From positions 35,206 through 99,205 of the forward strand of contig CAZNOJ010000001.1 of assembly GCA_964574665.1 (NCBI GenBank): a stretch of 64,000 bases of DNA, in the 5' to 3' direction. A program made the position numbers and the translations under genes. The DNA comes from an uncultured Gemmatimonadaceae bacterium (GTDB lineage Bacteria > Gemmatimonadota > Gemmatimonadetes > Gemmatimonadales > GWC2-71-9). Below the pieces are notes generated by a model. That model ran no database searches. It was given only the letters and a program-made list of their open reading frames with translations, and was not told the origin of the DNA. This document shows positions 10,131 through 18,270 of the stretch, one piece after another. The stretch's first letter is position 1; every line of letters starts with the position of its first letter.

Positions 10131-12061
10131 GCGACACCCCGCACGTGCTCACCCCCGCCGAAGTCTCCGCCCTCCGCCACGACCTGCGCACGCCGGTCAA
10201 CCACATCGTGGGCTACTGCGAACTGCTGCTCGACGACGTGGCCGCCGACCACGACGGGCGCCGTCGCGATGGGCTGCAGGCCGCGATCGCCGCGGCGCGC
10301 CAGGCGCTTGCGTTGATCGACGCCACGCTGTCGGCCACCGGCCGGAACGTGTCGCCCGACGACGTGGCGGCGCTCCGCCAGCAGCTGCGCGCGCCGCACG
10401 ACGCGGTGCTCGCGGCGATGGACGCGATGGGGCCGGAGGGCGACGAGGCGTTCCGTTCCGACGTCGAGAAGATCCGTCGTGCGGCCGGTCACCTGGTGAT
10501 GGCCCCGGCGATCGCCACGACCGGCACCCATCACACCGCGGGCGGGGCCACTCCGCTGGCCGATGCCGCGCCGGTCGCGGCGGGAAGCCGTGGCCGGGTC
10601 CTGGTGGTGGACGACGTGGAGGAGAATCGCGACGTGCTGTCGCGGCAGCTGGTGCGCCAGGGGTACGAGGTGGAATGCGCGGCGGATGGTGCCGAGGCGC
10701 TCGCGAAGGCTGCGGCGGGCTCCTACGACCTGATGCTGCTCGACATCCGGATGCCGGGCATCGACGGGCAGGAGGTGCTGCACCGGATCAAGCGCGATCC
10801 GGCCACGCGCGACCTCCCGGTGGTGATGATCTCCGCGGCCGACGACCTGGAGACGATTGCCTCGTGCATCGAGGCCGGCGCCGAGGACCTGCTCCCCAAG
10901 CCGTTCGATCCGGTGATCCTGCGGGCGCGGGTGAGTGCGTCGGTGGAGAAGAAGCGGCTCCGCAACCGCGAGGTGGACTACCTGCGGCAGGTCGATCGCG
11001 TGGTGGAGGCGGCGATCGCGGTGGAGCAGGGGCACTACCAGGGCGGGATGCTCGCCGAGGTGGGGTATCGGAGTGACGCGCTGGGGCACCTGGCGCGGGT
11101 GTTCGACACGATGGCGGCGGGGGTGCGGGCCCGCGAGGAGCGGTTGCACGCCCAGGTGGACACGTTGCGTCGCGAGATCTCGGAGGCGCAGCGCGGGAGC
11201 GCCGAGGAGGGGGATGCGGCGCAGCTCGATGCGGGGACGTTGCTCCCCGGCACGGAGTTCGCCGGGCGCTACACGATCGTGCGGGTGGTGGGGCGCGGCG
11301 GGATGGGGATGGTGTACAAGGCGCGCGATCGCGAACTGTCGGAGGACGTGGCAATCAAGCTGATGCGGGCCGACGTGCTGAGCGACGATCCGACGGTGGC
11401 CGAGCGGTTCCGGAGCGAGATCCGGCTGGCGCGGCGGATCTCGCACACCAACGTGGTGCGGACCCACGACTTCGGCAGCTGGGAGGGGACCAGCTACGTC
11501 ACGATGGAGTACGTGGAGGGGATCACGGTGCGCGACCTGATCGACTTGCGCGGGCGGCTCTCGCCGGGTGCCACGCTGGGGATCGCGCGGCAGTTGGCGG
11601 AATCGCTGGCGGTGGCGCACGAGCAGGGGGTGATCCACCGCGACATCAAGCCGCAGAACCTGCTGCTCGATCCTGGTGGCGTGCTCAAGGTGATGGACTT
11701 CGGCATTGCCACGCTGGCCGACCGGTCGCAGGGCGTGACCCAGGCGGGGATGCTGGTCGGGACGCCGGCGTACATGTCGCCGGAGCAGCTGATGGCGGAG
11801 GCGATCGACGCGCGGAGCGACTTGTACGCGATGGGGGTGGTGCTGTACGAGTGCCTGGTGGGGGCGCTGCCGTACGCGGCCACCAATCCGATTGCGCTGA
11901 TCGCCAAGGTGCTGCACGGCACCCCGGTGCCGCCCCACGAACGGCATCCCGAGGTCCCGGCCGCGCTGTCGGCCCTGGTGCTGCGCCTGATGGCCAAGGA
12001 CCCCGGGGACCGGCCGCAGTCGGCGCGGGAGCTGGCCGCGGTGCTGGGGGAGCTGGGCTAG
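10127..12061 (+). CDS. Fusion protein: HisKA-like H-box helical domain (no ATPase) + receiver + HAMP-like linker + Hanks-type Ser/Thr protein kinase
   Basis: N-terminal LRHDLRTPVNHIVGYCELLLDD (H-box). REC: RVLVVDDVEENRDVL..LMLLDIRMPGIDG..LPKPFD. Linker: RSDALGHLARVFDTMAAGVRAREERL. Kinase: GRGGMGMVYKA..AIKLM..HRDIKPQNLLL..DFGIA..GTPAYMSPE. The GTG start forms a GTGA overlap with the upstream stop. Confidence 0.85.
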   Translation: MSDTPHVLTPAEVSALRHDLRTPVNHIVGYCELLLDDVAADHDGRRRDGLQAAIAAARQALALIDATLSATGRNVSPDDVAALRQQLRAPHDAVLAAMDAMGPEGDEAFRSDVEKIRRAAGHLVMAPAIATTGTHHTAGGATPLADAAPVAAGSRGRVLVVDDVEENRDVLSRQLVRQGYEVECAADGAEALAKAAAGSYDLMLLDIRMPGIDGQEVLHRIKRDPATRDLPVVMISAADDLETIASCIEAGAEDLLPKPFDPVILRARVSASVEKKRLRNREVDYLRQVDRVVEAAIAVEQGHYQGGMLAEVGYRSDALGHLARVFDTMAAGVRAREERLHAQVDTLRREISEAQRGSAEEGDAAQLDAGTLLPGTEFAGRYTIVRVVGRGGMGMVYKARDRELSEDVAIKLMRADVLSDDPTVAERFRSEIRLARRISHTNVVRTHDFGSWEGTSYVTMEYVEGITVRDLIDLRGRLSPGATLGIARQLAESLAVAHEQGVIHRDIKPQNLLLDPGGVLKVMDFGIATLADRSQGVTQAGMLVGTPAYMSPEQLMAEAIDARSDLYAMGVVLYECLVGALPYAATNPIALIAKVLHGTPVPPHERHPEVPAALSALVLRLMAKDPGDRPQSARELAAVLGELG

Positions 12062-12078
12062 CCGGCCCGTCCGGCCGG
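12062..12078 (+). terminator. Weak GC hairpin just after the kinase stop (CCGGCC-cgtcc-GGCCGG)
   Basis: It has a perfect 6-bp stem and a 5-nt loop starting 1 nt after TAG. There is no U-tract, so this is a tentative call. Confidence 0.2.
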
Positions 12079-12100
12079 TCGCCAGGGGGGGCTTGCGCCC

Positions 12101-12129
12101 TGTGCAATACCTGTGCAAATTCGGTGCAC
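12101..12129 (+). promoter_or_regulatory. Direct repeats TGTGCAA / TGTGCAA / GTGCAC with 11-12 bp phasing upstream of an OMP gene
   Basis: cTGTGCAAtaccTGTGCAAattcgGTGCAC lies 58-86 nt upstream of ATG 12187. The aaggag RBS sits at about 12172. Confidence 0.3.
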
Positions 12130-12186
12130 TAACGACCGATCGGCCCGACCGCGGGCCGCGGCCCACCTCTCAAGGAGACGTGCACC

Positions 12187-12738
12187 ATGAAGTCGTTCCT
12201 CCCGCTCGCGGCGATCGTCGGCCTCGCCGCTGCCCCCCTGGCCGCCCAGCAGCCGAGCACCCGGTTCTTCGTGGAGGGCCGTGGCGGCGCCGTGGTCCCC
12301 ACCTTCGACATCGCCGACGTGGCCAAGACCGGCGGGGCCTTCGGTGCCACCCTCGGCTATCAGGCCAGCCCGCGCTGGGTGCTGATGGGCGAGTTCGATC
12401 GCGGCATGCACAAGGACAAGGCCACCGGCAACGTGGACATCACCACCAACCACTACATGGCCAAGATCGGCTACATGCCCCGCGCGCCGCGGGAGCGCGG
12501 CTGGAACCTGGCCGTCAACCTCGGGGTCGGTGCGGTGAACTTCGCCGTGGACGGCGCGCCCGAGAGCTTCACGTACCTCGCGATCAACGCCGGCGCCAAG
12601 CTGGCGTACAACTTCAATCGCTCGCTCGCCTTCGTGCTCTCGCCGCAGGGCGACATCGCCTTCAGCGACAAGGACGAGCTGACCACCACCAACGCCTGGG
12701 TCTGGCCGTTCACGGTCGGCCTGCGCGCCAACTTCTGA
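12187..12738 (+). CDS. Outer-membrane beta-barrel protein (small OmpW/OmpA-beta-barrel-like)
   Basis: It has a signal peptide LPLAAIVGLAAAPLAAQQ, alternating beta-strand patterns, and a C-terminal ..FTVGLRANF ending in Phe. A good RBS (aaggag) precedes it. Confidence 0.7.
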   Translation: MKSFLPLAAIVGLAAAPLAAQQPSTRFFVEGRGGAVVPTFDIADVAKTGGAFGATLGYQASPRWVLMGEFDRGMHKDKATGNVDITTNHYMAKIGYMPRAPRERGWNLAVNLGVGAVNFAVDGAPESFTYLAINAGAKLAYNFNRSLAFVLSPQGDIAFSDKDELTTTNAWVWPFTVGLRANF

Positions 12739-12753
12739 ACCGGGGGACGATCC

Positions 12754-12981
12754 GTGAAGCAGCTCGACATCCTCGCCGCGATCCTGCTGGTGGTCGGCGG
12801 CCTCAACTGGGGCCTGGTCGCGGTCGCCAACTTCGACCTGGTCGCCACGCTGACCGGCGCCGGGGCGTTCGGCAGCAAGAACATGCTGGGTGTGGTAGTG
12901 TACGGCCTGGTCGGGCTCGCCGCCCTGTACCAGGGCCTCGGATGGAAGGCCGTCCAGCGCCGCTGGCAGGCCGCCCAGTGA
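12754..12981 (+). CDS. DUF378-family small membrane protein
   Basis: LLVVGGLNWGLVAVANFDLVATL..VVYGLVGLAALY matches the DUF378 pattern: two TM helices and the GGLNWGLV motif. Confidence 0.75.
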   Translation: MKQLDILAAILLVVGGLNWGLVAVANFDLVATLTGAGAFGSKNMLGVVVYGLVGLAALYQGLGWKAVQRRWQAAQ

Positions 12982-13096
12982 ACCATGCCGCGAGGCCGGC
13001 CCCGGGATGTCTCCGGGGTCGGCGCGCTGGCCGGCCCCGCGCCGCCATTCCGCCTCCTGTCCGGAGTCGCCCGACGTGACCCCAGATCCCGGTGGC

Positions 13097-14002
13097 ATGC
13101 TGACGATCGGCGCCCTCTCGGCCGCAACCGGGATCCCGGTCGAGACCCTGCGCAGCTGGGAACGCCGCCACGGGTTTCCCGTCGCGGCCCGGAAGCCCTC
13201 GGGACATCGCGTCTATTCGCTCGACACCGTGCCTCGCCTCCGCCTGGTGGCACAGGCCCTCTCCCAGGGGCATCGGGCGGCGGAGGTCGTGGCCGCTTCC
13301 GAGTCGGCACTGGAGGCCCTGGTCGCCGCACTCCCCAGGTCGGCGGAGGCACCCCGCGGCGCACCGACCTCCGCCCCGGTCCCGGCCGCAACCACCGGCG
13401 CGACCGACCTGTTCGCTGCCATCCGCGCCTTCGATGCCGAGCGGCTGCAGCGCACGTTCCAGCTCGACTGGGCCCGTCTCGGTCCGCTCGACTTCCTGGA
13501 GCAGCGCGCGGCGCCGTTCCTCCGGGCGCTCGGGGACGCGTGGTCGGAGGGCGCCCTCGACGTGCGCCACGAACACTTCGCCTCGGCGGTGCTGGGCGAC
13601 TTCCTGCGCGCGGTGCGCATGCCGCTCGACGACCGTGCCACCGGCCCGATCGTGGCGCTCGCCACCCTCGCTGGGGAGCACCACGGGCTCGGACTGCAGA
13701 TGTCGGCGCTCGTCTTTGCCGTGGCGGGGTGGCGTCCGCTGCTCCTGGGCGTGGACACACCCCCCGAGCAGATCGTGGCGCTGGCCCGCGAGGCGGAGCT
13801 CCGTGCCGTGGCGGTGAGCTGCGCGCCACCGCGCCGCCGCCAGACCGCCGACGCCCTGCTCACGCTGCGGCGCCGGTTGCCCCGATCGATCGCGCTGCTG
13901 GTGGGCGGGTCTGGGGCACCAGCGATCGCGGTGCGCAGCAGGATCCACGTACTGCCCGACCTCCCGGCCCTCGAGCGCTGGATCCGCGACCATTCCAATT
14001 GA
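13097..14002 (+). CDS. MerR-family transcriptional regulator with a cobalamin-binding domain (CarH/LitR-like, putative light sensor)
   Basis: Track ORF 13007..14002, with the start moved to ATG 13097 (MLTIGALSAATGIPVETLRSWERRHGFP = MerR HTH). The W-x9-E-H motif is present (WSEGALDVRHEH). The E-x-H-x-x-G B12 lower-ligand motif is present (GEHHGLG), followed by a Rossmann-like region (RAVAVSC..LLVGG). Confidence 0.8.
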   Translation: MLTIGALSAATGIPVETLRSWERRHGFPVAARKPSGHRVYSLDTVPRLRLVAQALSQGHRAAEVVAASESALEALVAALPRSAEAPRGAPTSAPVPAATTGATDLFAAIRAFDAERLQRTFQLDWARLGPLDFLEQRAAPFLRALGDAWSEGALDVRHEHFASAVLGDFLRAVRMPLDDRATGPIVALATLAGEHHGLGLQMSALVFAVAGWRPLLLGVDTPPEQIVALAREAELRAVAVSCAPPRRRQTADALLTLRRRLPRSIALLVGGSGAPAIAVRSRIHVLPDLPALERWIRDHSN

Positions 14003-14015
14003 CGCCGAGGCCGCC

Positions 14016-14540
14016 GTGTCGAGCTCGCTGGCATTCATGCTGATGCTGTTCGCGCAAGACACCGTATCGCGCCGGGTCACCAGCGTCCCCGCGGTGGACC
14101 TGCAGCGCTATGCCGGCACCTGGCACGAGGTGGCCCGCTTCCCGAACCGCTTCCAGTCGCGCTGCGTGCGGGAGACCGTGGCAGACTACGCGCTGCTGCC
14201 CAACGGCGAGCTGCGGGTGGTGAACAGCTGTCGCGGGGCCGATGGCGAGCTGATCCGCGCCGAGGGCCGCGCCAAGCTCGCCGACCGGGACGGACCGGCC
14301 TCGCGGCTCAAGGTGCGCTTTGCCCCGAGGATCCTGTCGATCCTCCCGATGGTCTGGGCCGACTACTGGATCCTCGACCTCACCGACGACTACGGTGCGG
14401 CGCTTGTGGGGACGCCGAACCGGGAGTACCTCTGGGTGCTCTCGCGGACTCCGCGACTGGACGAGGCCACCTACCAGCGACTGGTGGCGACCGCGTCCGC
14501 GCAGGGCTTCGACGTCACCCGACTCGCCCGGGCGCCCTGA
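14016..14540 (+). CDS. blc: Bacterial lipocalin (Blc-like)
   Basis: VDLQRYAGTWHEVARFPNRFQ..C...ADY..GELRVVNSC.. ADYWILDLTDDYGAALVGTPNREYLWVLSRTP is the classic Blc lipocalin signature. Confidence 0.85.
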   Translation: MSSSLAFMLMLFAQDTVSRRVTSVPAVDLQRYAGTWHEVARFPNRFQSRCVRETVADYALLPNGELRVVNSCRGADGELIRAEGRAKLADRDGPASRLKVRFAPRILSILPMVWADYWILDLTDDYGAALVGTPNREYLWVLSRTPRLDEATYQRLVATASAQGFDVTRLARAP

Positions 14541-14568
14541 GACCGGGCCGACTCGCCGAGGAAGCGCA

Positions 14569-14940
14569 ATGCACACGCTGCTCTGGATCCTGCAGGGCCT
14601 CACCGCACTGCTCTACACCGCCTCGGGCGGCATGAAGCTGTTCATGTTCGACAAGATCAGCGCGGATGTCCCCTCCTTCGGGGCCTTGCCGCGGAGTGCC
14701 TGGATGGCACTCGGCGTCCTTGAGCTCGTCTGCGCGGTCGGGCTGTTCATTCCGGCGGCGACGGGTTGGCACCCGACGCTCACGGTGGCTGCGGCCGCCA
14801 TCCTGTCGGTCGAGACCCTGGTCTTTGTCTGGGTGCACGTCCGATATCGGGAGGTGCCGGCGATCGTGATGAGCGCCGTGCTTGGCCTCCTCATGGCATT
14901 CATCGCCTATGGCCGGCTCGCGTTGCGGCCGTTCGCCTGA
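14569..14940 (+). CDS. DoxX-like family membrane protein
   Basis: Track ORF 14320..14940, with the start at ATG 14569. MHTLLWILQGLTALLYTASGGMKLF.. has four hydrophobic helices and looks DoxX-like. Confidence 0.6.
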   Translation: MHTLLWILQGLTALLYTASGGMKLFMFDKISADVPSFGALPRSAWMALGVLELVCAVGLFIPAATGWHPTLTVAAAAILSVETLVFVWVHVRYREVPAIVMSAVLGLLMAFIAYGRLALRPFA

Positions 14941-14996
14941 TCCTGATGCCTGCCAACGCACGGCGGCAGGCGGCGAGCCACCCGGCCCACGGGGGA

Positions 14997-15527
14997 ATGA
15001 TGCGACAGGTCATCTATGGTGGCGCCAGCAGCCTCGACAACTTCCTGGCCCGTACCGACCATGCGGTGGATTGGTTGCTCTGGAGCGAGGAGGTGTCGGA
15101 GTACATGGCCAGCTTCTGGCCGCGAATCGACACCGTGCTGATGGGGCGGAAGACGTACGAGGTCGCCGTGGCGGCAGGCCAGGGCGGCGGATCCCCCGGC
15201 ACGGCCACGTACGTCTTCTCGAGGACGCTCACGGCGGTGCCTGCCGGCGTGACGCTGGTGCGCGACGATGCCGCCGGGGTCGTGCGGCGGCTCAAGGCCG
15301 AACCCGGCAAGGACATCTGCGTGCTGGGCGGCGGGGACCTTGCCCGGACGCTGTTCGAAGCCGACCTGATCGACGAGGTCGGGTTGAACGTGCATCCCGT
15401 GCTGCTCGGCGATGGCATTCCCGCGTTCCACCGAATCTCCCGCCAGGTCAACCTCGAGCTGACGGAGTGTCGGCGGTTCCGGACGGGCTGCGTGCTGCTG
15501 ACCTATCGCGTTCGTCGCGAGGGGTAG
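14997..15527 (+). CDS. Dihydrofolate-reductase-family protein (RibD C-terminal domain type)
   Basis: Track ORF 14766..15527, with the start at ATG 14997. MMRQVIYGGASSLDNFLA..DTVLMGRKTYE..ICVLGGGDLARTLFEADLIDEVGLNVHPVLLGDGIP. Confidence 0.8.
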   Translation: MMRQVIYGGASSLDNFLARTDHAVDWLLWSEEVSEYMASFWPRIDTVLMGRKTYEVAVAAGQGGGSPGTATYVFSRTLTAVPAGVTLVRDDAAGVVRRLKAEPGKDICVLGGGDLARTLFEADLIDEVGLNVHPVLLGDGIPAFHRISRQVNLELTECRRFRTGCVLLTYRVRREG

Positions 15528-15550
15528 GGCGAGGTCGTGACGCCGACCGC

Positions 15551-16450
15551 TCACCCGACCTCGATCGTCCCCTCCGAGACCATCACGCACGAACCACCGA
15601 TATGGGCGCTGGTGACCGCGCCCCGCTCCTTCACGGCCCGGGCCTCCAGCAGGCTGGGGCGTCCCATTTCGATGCCCTGTCCGATGCGCCAGGCGAACGC
15701 CCCGCTTGCCGCGGGCTCGAGGTGGGCCAGCATGGCGGCGAGCGCCACGTTGGCGCTGCCGGTGGCCGGGTCCTCGAACACCCCCGCCTCCGGGGCGAAC
15801 ATCCGGGCCCGGAGGTCGAAGCCCTGGCCGTCGCGCGTGTAGAGGTGGACGAACCCCGGCACCCGTTCGGTGGCGAGCGCCTCGAGGCCGTCGAGGTTGG
15901 GACGGGCGCGCGCCAGTGCGTCCCGGTCGGCCACCTCGACCACCAGGAACTCCGCCCCCACCGAGGCCACCTGTGGAGGGTGGGTGCCGGTCACGATGTC
16001 GGCCGGTGCCAACGACACCGCCCGCGCCACGGCGTCCACCGAGGCGTGGGCGCCGAGTGACAGCGGCTGCGGAGCGGTCAATTCGCACCAGATCCGGTCG
16101 TCACGAACCTGGACGGAAATCGGCACCGGGCCGGCGTGCTCCTCGAAGGTGATCGTCCTCGGCTCGGCACCGATGGGGCCGAGTTCACCGATGGCCGCGA
16201 GCACGAAGGCGGTGCCGACATTGGGGTGGCCGGCGAACGGCATTTCGGTGGCTGGCGTGAAGATGCGGACCTGCCGCGTGTATCGCTCCGACGGCAGCAC
16301 GAAGGTACTCTCGGCGAAGTTGAACTCGCGGGCCACCTGCTGCATCTGGTCGCGGGCAAGCCCCCGCGCGTCGGGGAGCACCGCGAGCTGGTTGCCGCCG
16401 AAGCGGGTCTCGGTGAAGACGTCGCAGGTGAGGAACCGGTGGCGTGCCAT
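15551..16450 (-). CDS. PhzF-family isomerase (phenazine biosynthesis-like protein)
   Basis: FLTCDVFTETRFGGNQLAVLPDARGL..QQVAREFNFAESTFVLP..IFTPATEMPFAGHPNVGTAF is typical of PhzF. Confidence 0.9.
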   Translation of the reverse strand: MARHRFLTCDVFTETRFGGNQLAVLPDARGLARDQMQQVAREFNFAESTFVLPSERYTRQVRIFTPATEMPFAGHPNVGTAFVLAAIGELGPIGAEPRTITFEEHAGPVPISVQVRDDRIWCELTAPQPLSLGAHASVDAVARAVSLAPADIVTGTHPPQVASVGAEFLVVEVADRDALARARPNLDGLEALATERVPGFVHLYTRDGQGFDLRARMFAPEAGVFEDPATGSANVALAAMLAHLEPAASGAFAWRIGQGIEMGRPSLLEARAVKERGAVTSAHIGGSCVMVSEGTIEVG

Positions 16451-16456
16451 CGGGGC

Positions 16457-18187
16457 CTACCGCCGCCGCCTGGACTGCCACTCGGTGAACTCCTCGAGGG
16501 CATCCAGGTGCCGGAGGATCTTCGAGGCGGGGTCGATCGTGACGCCGGCGCGCGCGTCGGCGGCGATCTCGCCCGTGCCGTCGGTCATCGGCAGGGTCAC
16601 CACCCGGCCGTCCACGCGGACGTCGAGCGGCATCGGGAACGGCAGGTTGCCCGGGACGTCCCAGCGGAACCGCAGCACCCCGTCCCTGCGAGTCATGACC
16701 ACCCGCGGCAGCGTCGCCTGGTAGAGGTAGACGTCGAAGAACCAGCGGTAGTCGCGACCGGTCACCCGGTTGACGATCTGCAGGAAGCCCTGCGTGGTGC
16801 CGAACTGCGGCGTGAAATTGCCGGGCCGCGGATCGGGGCGCCCGTACGTGAGAATCCGGAGCGAGGTGAAGAAGGCGTCGTCGCCGATCAGCTTGCGGAG
16901 GGTGTGCGCCACCCAGCTGCCCTTGGGGTAGATGTCCCCGCGCGGCCCCATCGAGTCGGCATACACCTCGCGCTCGCTGCGCTCGAAGCCGGAGACCAGC
17001 GGGCGCTCGTTGCGGATCCCGTTGCGCTGCGAGCGGAGCTGCGCCATGTAGTCGAGCTCGCCGCCGAGATACTCGGCCAGGAGCGGCTGCGCGTAGGAGC
17101 CGAGTCCCTCGTGGAGCCAGAGGTCGTCGTAGTTGGCGTTGGAGAGCTGGTTGGCCCACCACTCGTGGGCAAACTCGTGGTTGAGCAGCCAGTTCCACCC
17201 GAAGGCCGTCTTGGTGTAGGGGCCGCTGTGGCCGATCAGCGTCTGGTTTTCGAGGCCGGAGAACGGCACCCGCACGACGCCCATCTTCTGGTCGGCCCAG
17301 GGGTACGGCCCGATCACGTTCTCCCAGAACTCCAGGGTCTGCGGAAACTCGGCGAAGAGGTCGGCCGCGTCGGCCTCCTCCCCCGGGATGTAGTAGAGCC
17401 GCATCGGGATGGTGTTGCCGAAGCGGCTGTGATAGTCGCCCTCGAGCACCTTGTAGGGCCCGACGTTGAGCACCGAGCCGTAGGTGTGGATACTGCGCGC
17501 GCGCCAGTGGTAGGTGGTCCAGCCGTCGCCTTCGTCGACCCGGACCAGCGATCCGTTGCCGGGCGCCATCAGCCCCGTGGGCACCGTGTAGTGGAGGTCG
17601 CTGGTGGCCGGCTTGAGCGTCGGATGATCGAGGCAGGGATAGAGCAGGTCGCAGCCGCCGCCCCAGAGCGAGGTGTCAATCCACGGGTGCTGGCCGTCGG
17701 GCGTCGTGCCCCAGGTGGTGCCGCCTTCCCACGGCGGGTTCTTCGCCAGCGGCGGCGTGCCGCCATAGACCACGCGGGCCGTGAAGGAGGTGCCGGCCGG
17801 CAACGCGCGCGGAAGCGTGATGCGGAGCTGCCCCTCGGGGTTGGTGTAGCGCGACGGCGGGAGCACCACGCCGTCGATCGCGATCGACGCGATCGTGAAG
17901 CGATGGTAGAGATCGAGGATCAGCGTGCGGATCGGCGCACGGGTGGTGAGCGACAGCGTGGTGATCCCCTCGATCCGCTTCTCGGCGGGGAACACCTTGA
18001 CGGCATGATCGAGGTGGTCGAACCGCAGGGCCAGCTGCTCAGGCGGCATCATGCCGCCCTGCTTGCGCGTCTGCTCGGTGATGTAGCGGGGATCACTCGT
18101 GTCGCTGACCGGTCCCGTCTGCCGCTGGGCGGCGAGCGCCGGGAACGCGGCGAGGAGGAGCAGGGCCAGCGAGGTTGCAGTCCGCAT
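16457..18187 (-). CDS. M1-family zinc aminopeptidase, secreted
   Basis: Track ORF 16457..18220, with the start at ATG 18187 (MRTATSLALLLLAAFPALAAQ). The gluzincin motif HEFAHEWW-x18-E is present (NHEFAHEWWANQLSNANYDDLWLHEGLGSY). Confidence 0.9.
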   Translation of the reverse strand: MRTATSLALLLLAAFPALAAQRQTGPVSDTSDPRYITEQTRKQGGMMPPEQLALRFDHLDHAVKVFPAEKRIEGITTLSLTTRAPIRTLILDLYHRFTIASIAIDGVVLPPSRYTNPEGQLRITLPRALPAGTSFTARVVYGGTPPLAKNPPWEGGTTWGTTPDGQHPWIDTSLWGGGCDLLYPCLDHPTLKPATSDLHYTVPTGLMAPGNGSLVRVDEGDGWTTYHWRARSIHTYGSVLNVGPYKVLEGDYHSRFGNTIPMRLYYIPGEEADAADLFAEFPQTLEFWENVIGPYPWADQKMGVVRVPFSGLENQTLIGHSGPYTKTAFGWNWLLNHEFAHEWWANQLSNANYDDLWLHEGLGSYAQPLLAEYLGGELDYMAQLRSQRNGIRNERPLVSGFERSEREVYADSMGPRGDIYPKGSWVAHTLRKLIGDDAFFTSLRILTYGRPDPRPGNFTPQFGTTQGFLQIVNRVTGRDYRWFFDVYLYQATLPRVVMTRRDGVLRFRWDVPGNLPFPMPLDVRVDGRVVTLPMTDGTGEIAADARAGVTIDPASKILRHLDALEEFTEWQSRRRR

Positions 18188-18270
18188 CGTGGCGTTCCGG
18201 GGTTCGGGCGGCCGGAGCATACGTCCCGATGCGGAGTGCCGTCAAACCACCGGGGGAGTCCCGGCGCGCG

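Noticed and set aside
15530-15563. An inverted repeat CGAGGTCG..(18 nt)..CGACCTCG between the convergent DHFR-like and PhzF genes, considered as a terminator.
   Set aside because: The loop is long, there is no U-tract, and the distal arm lies inside the PhzF coding region. The evidence is insufficient.
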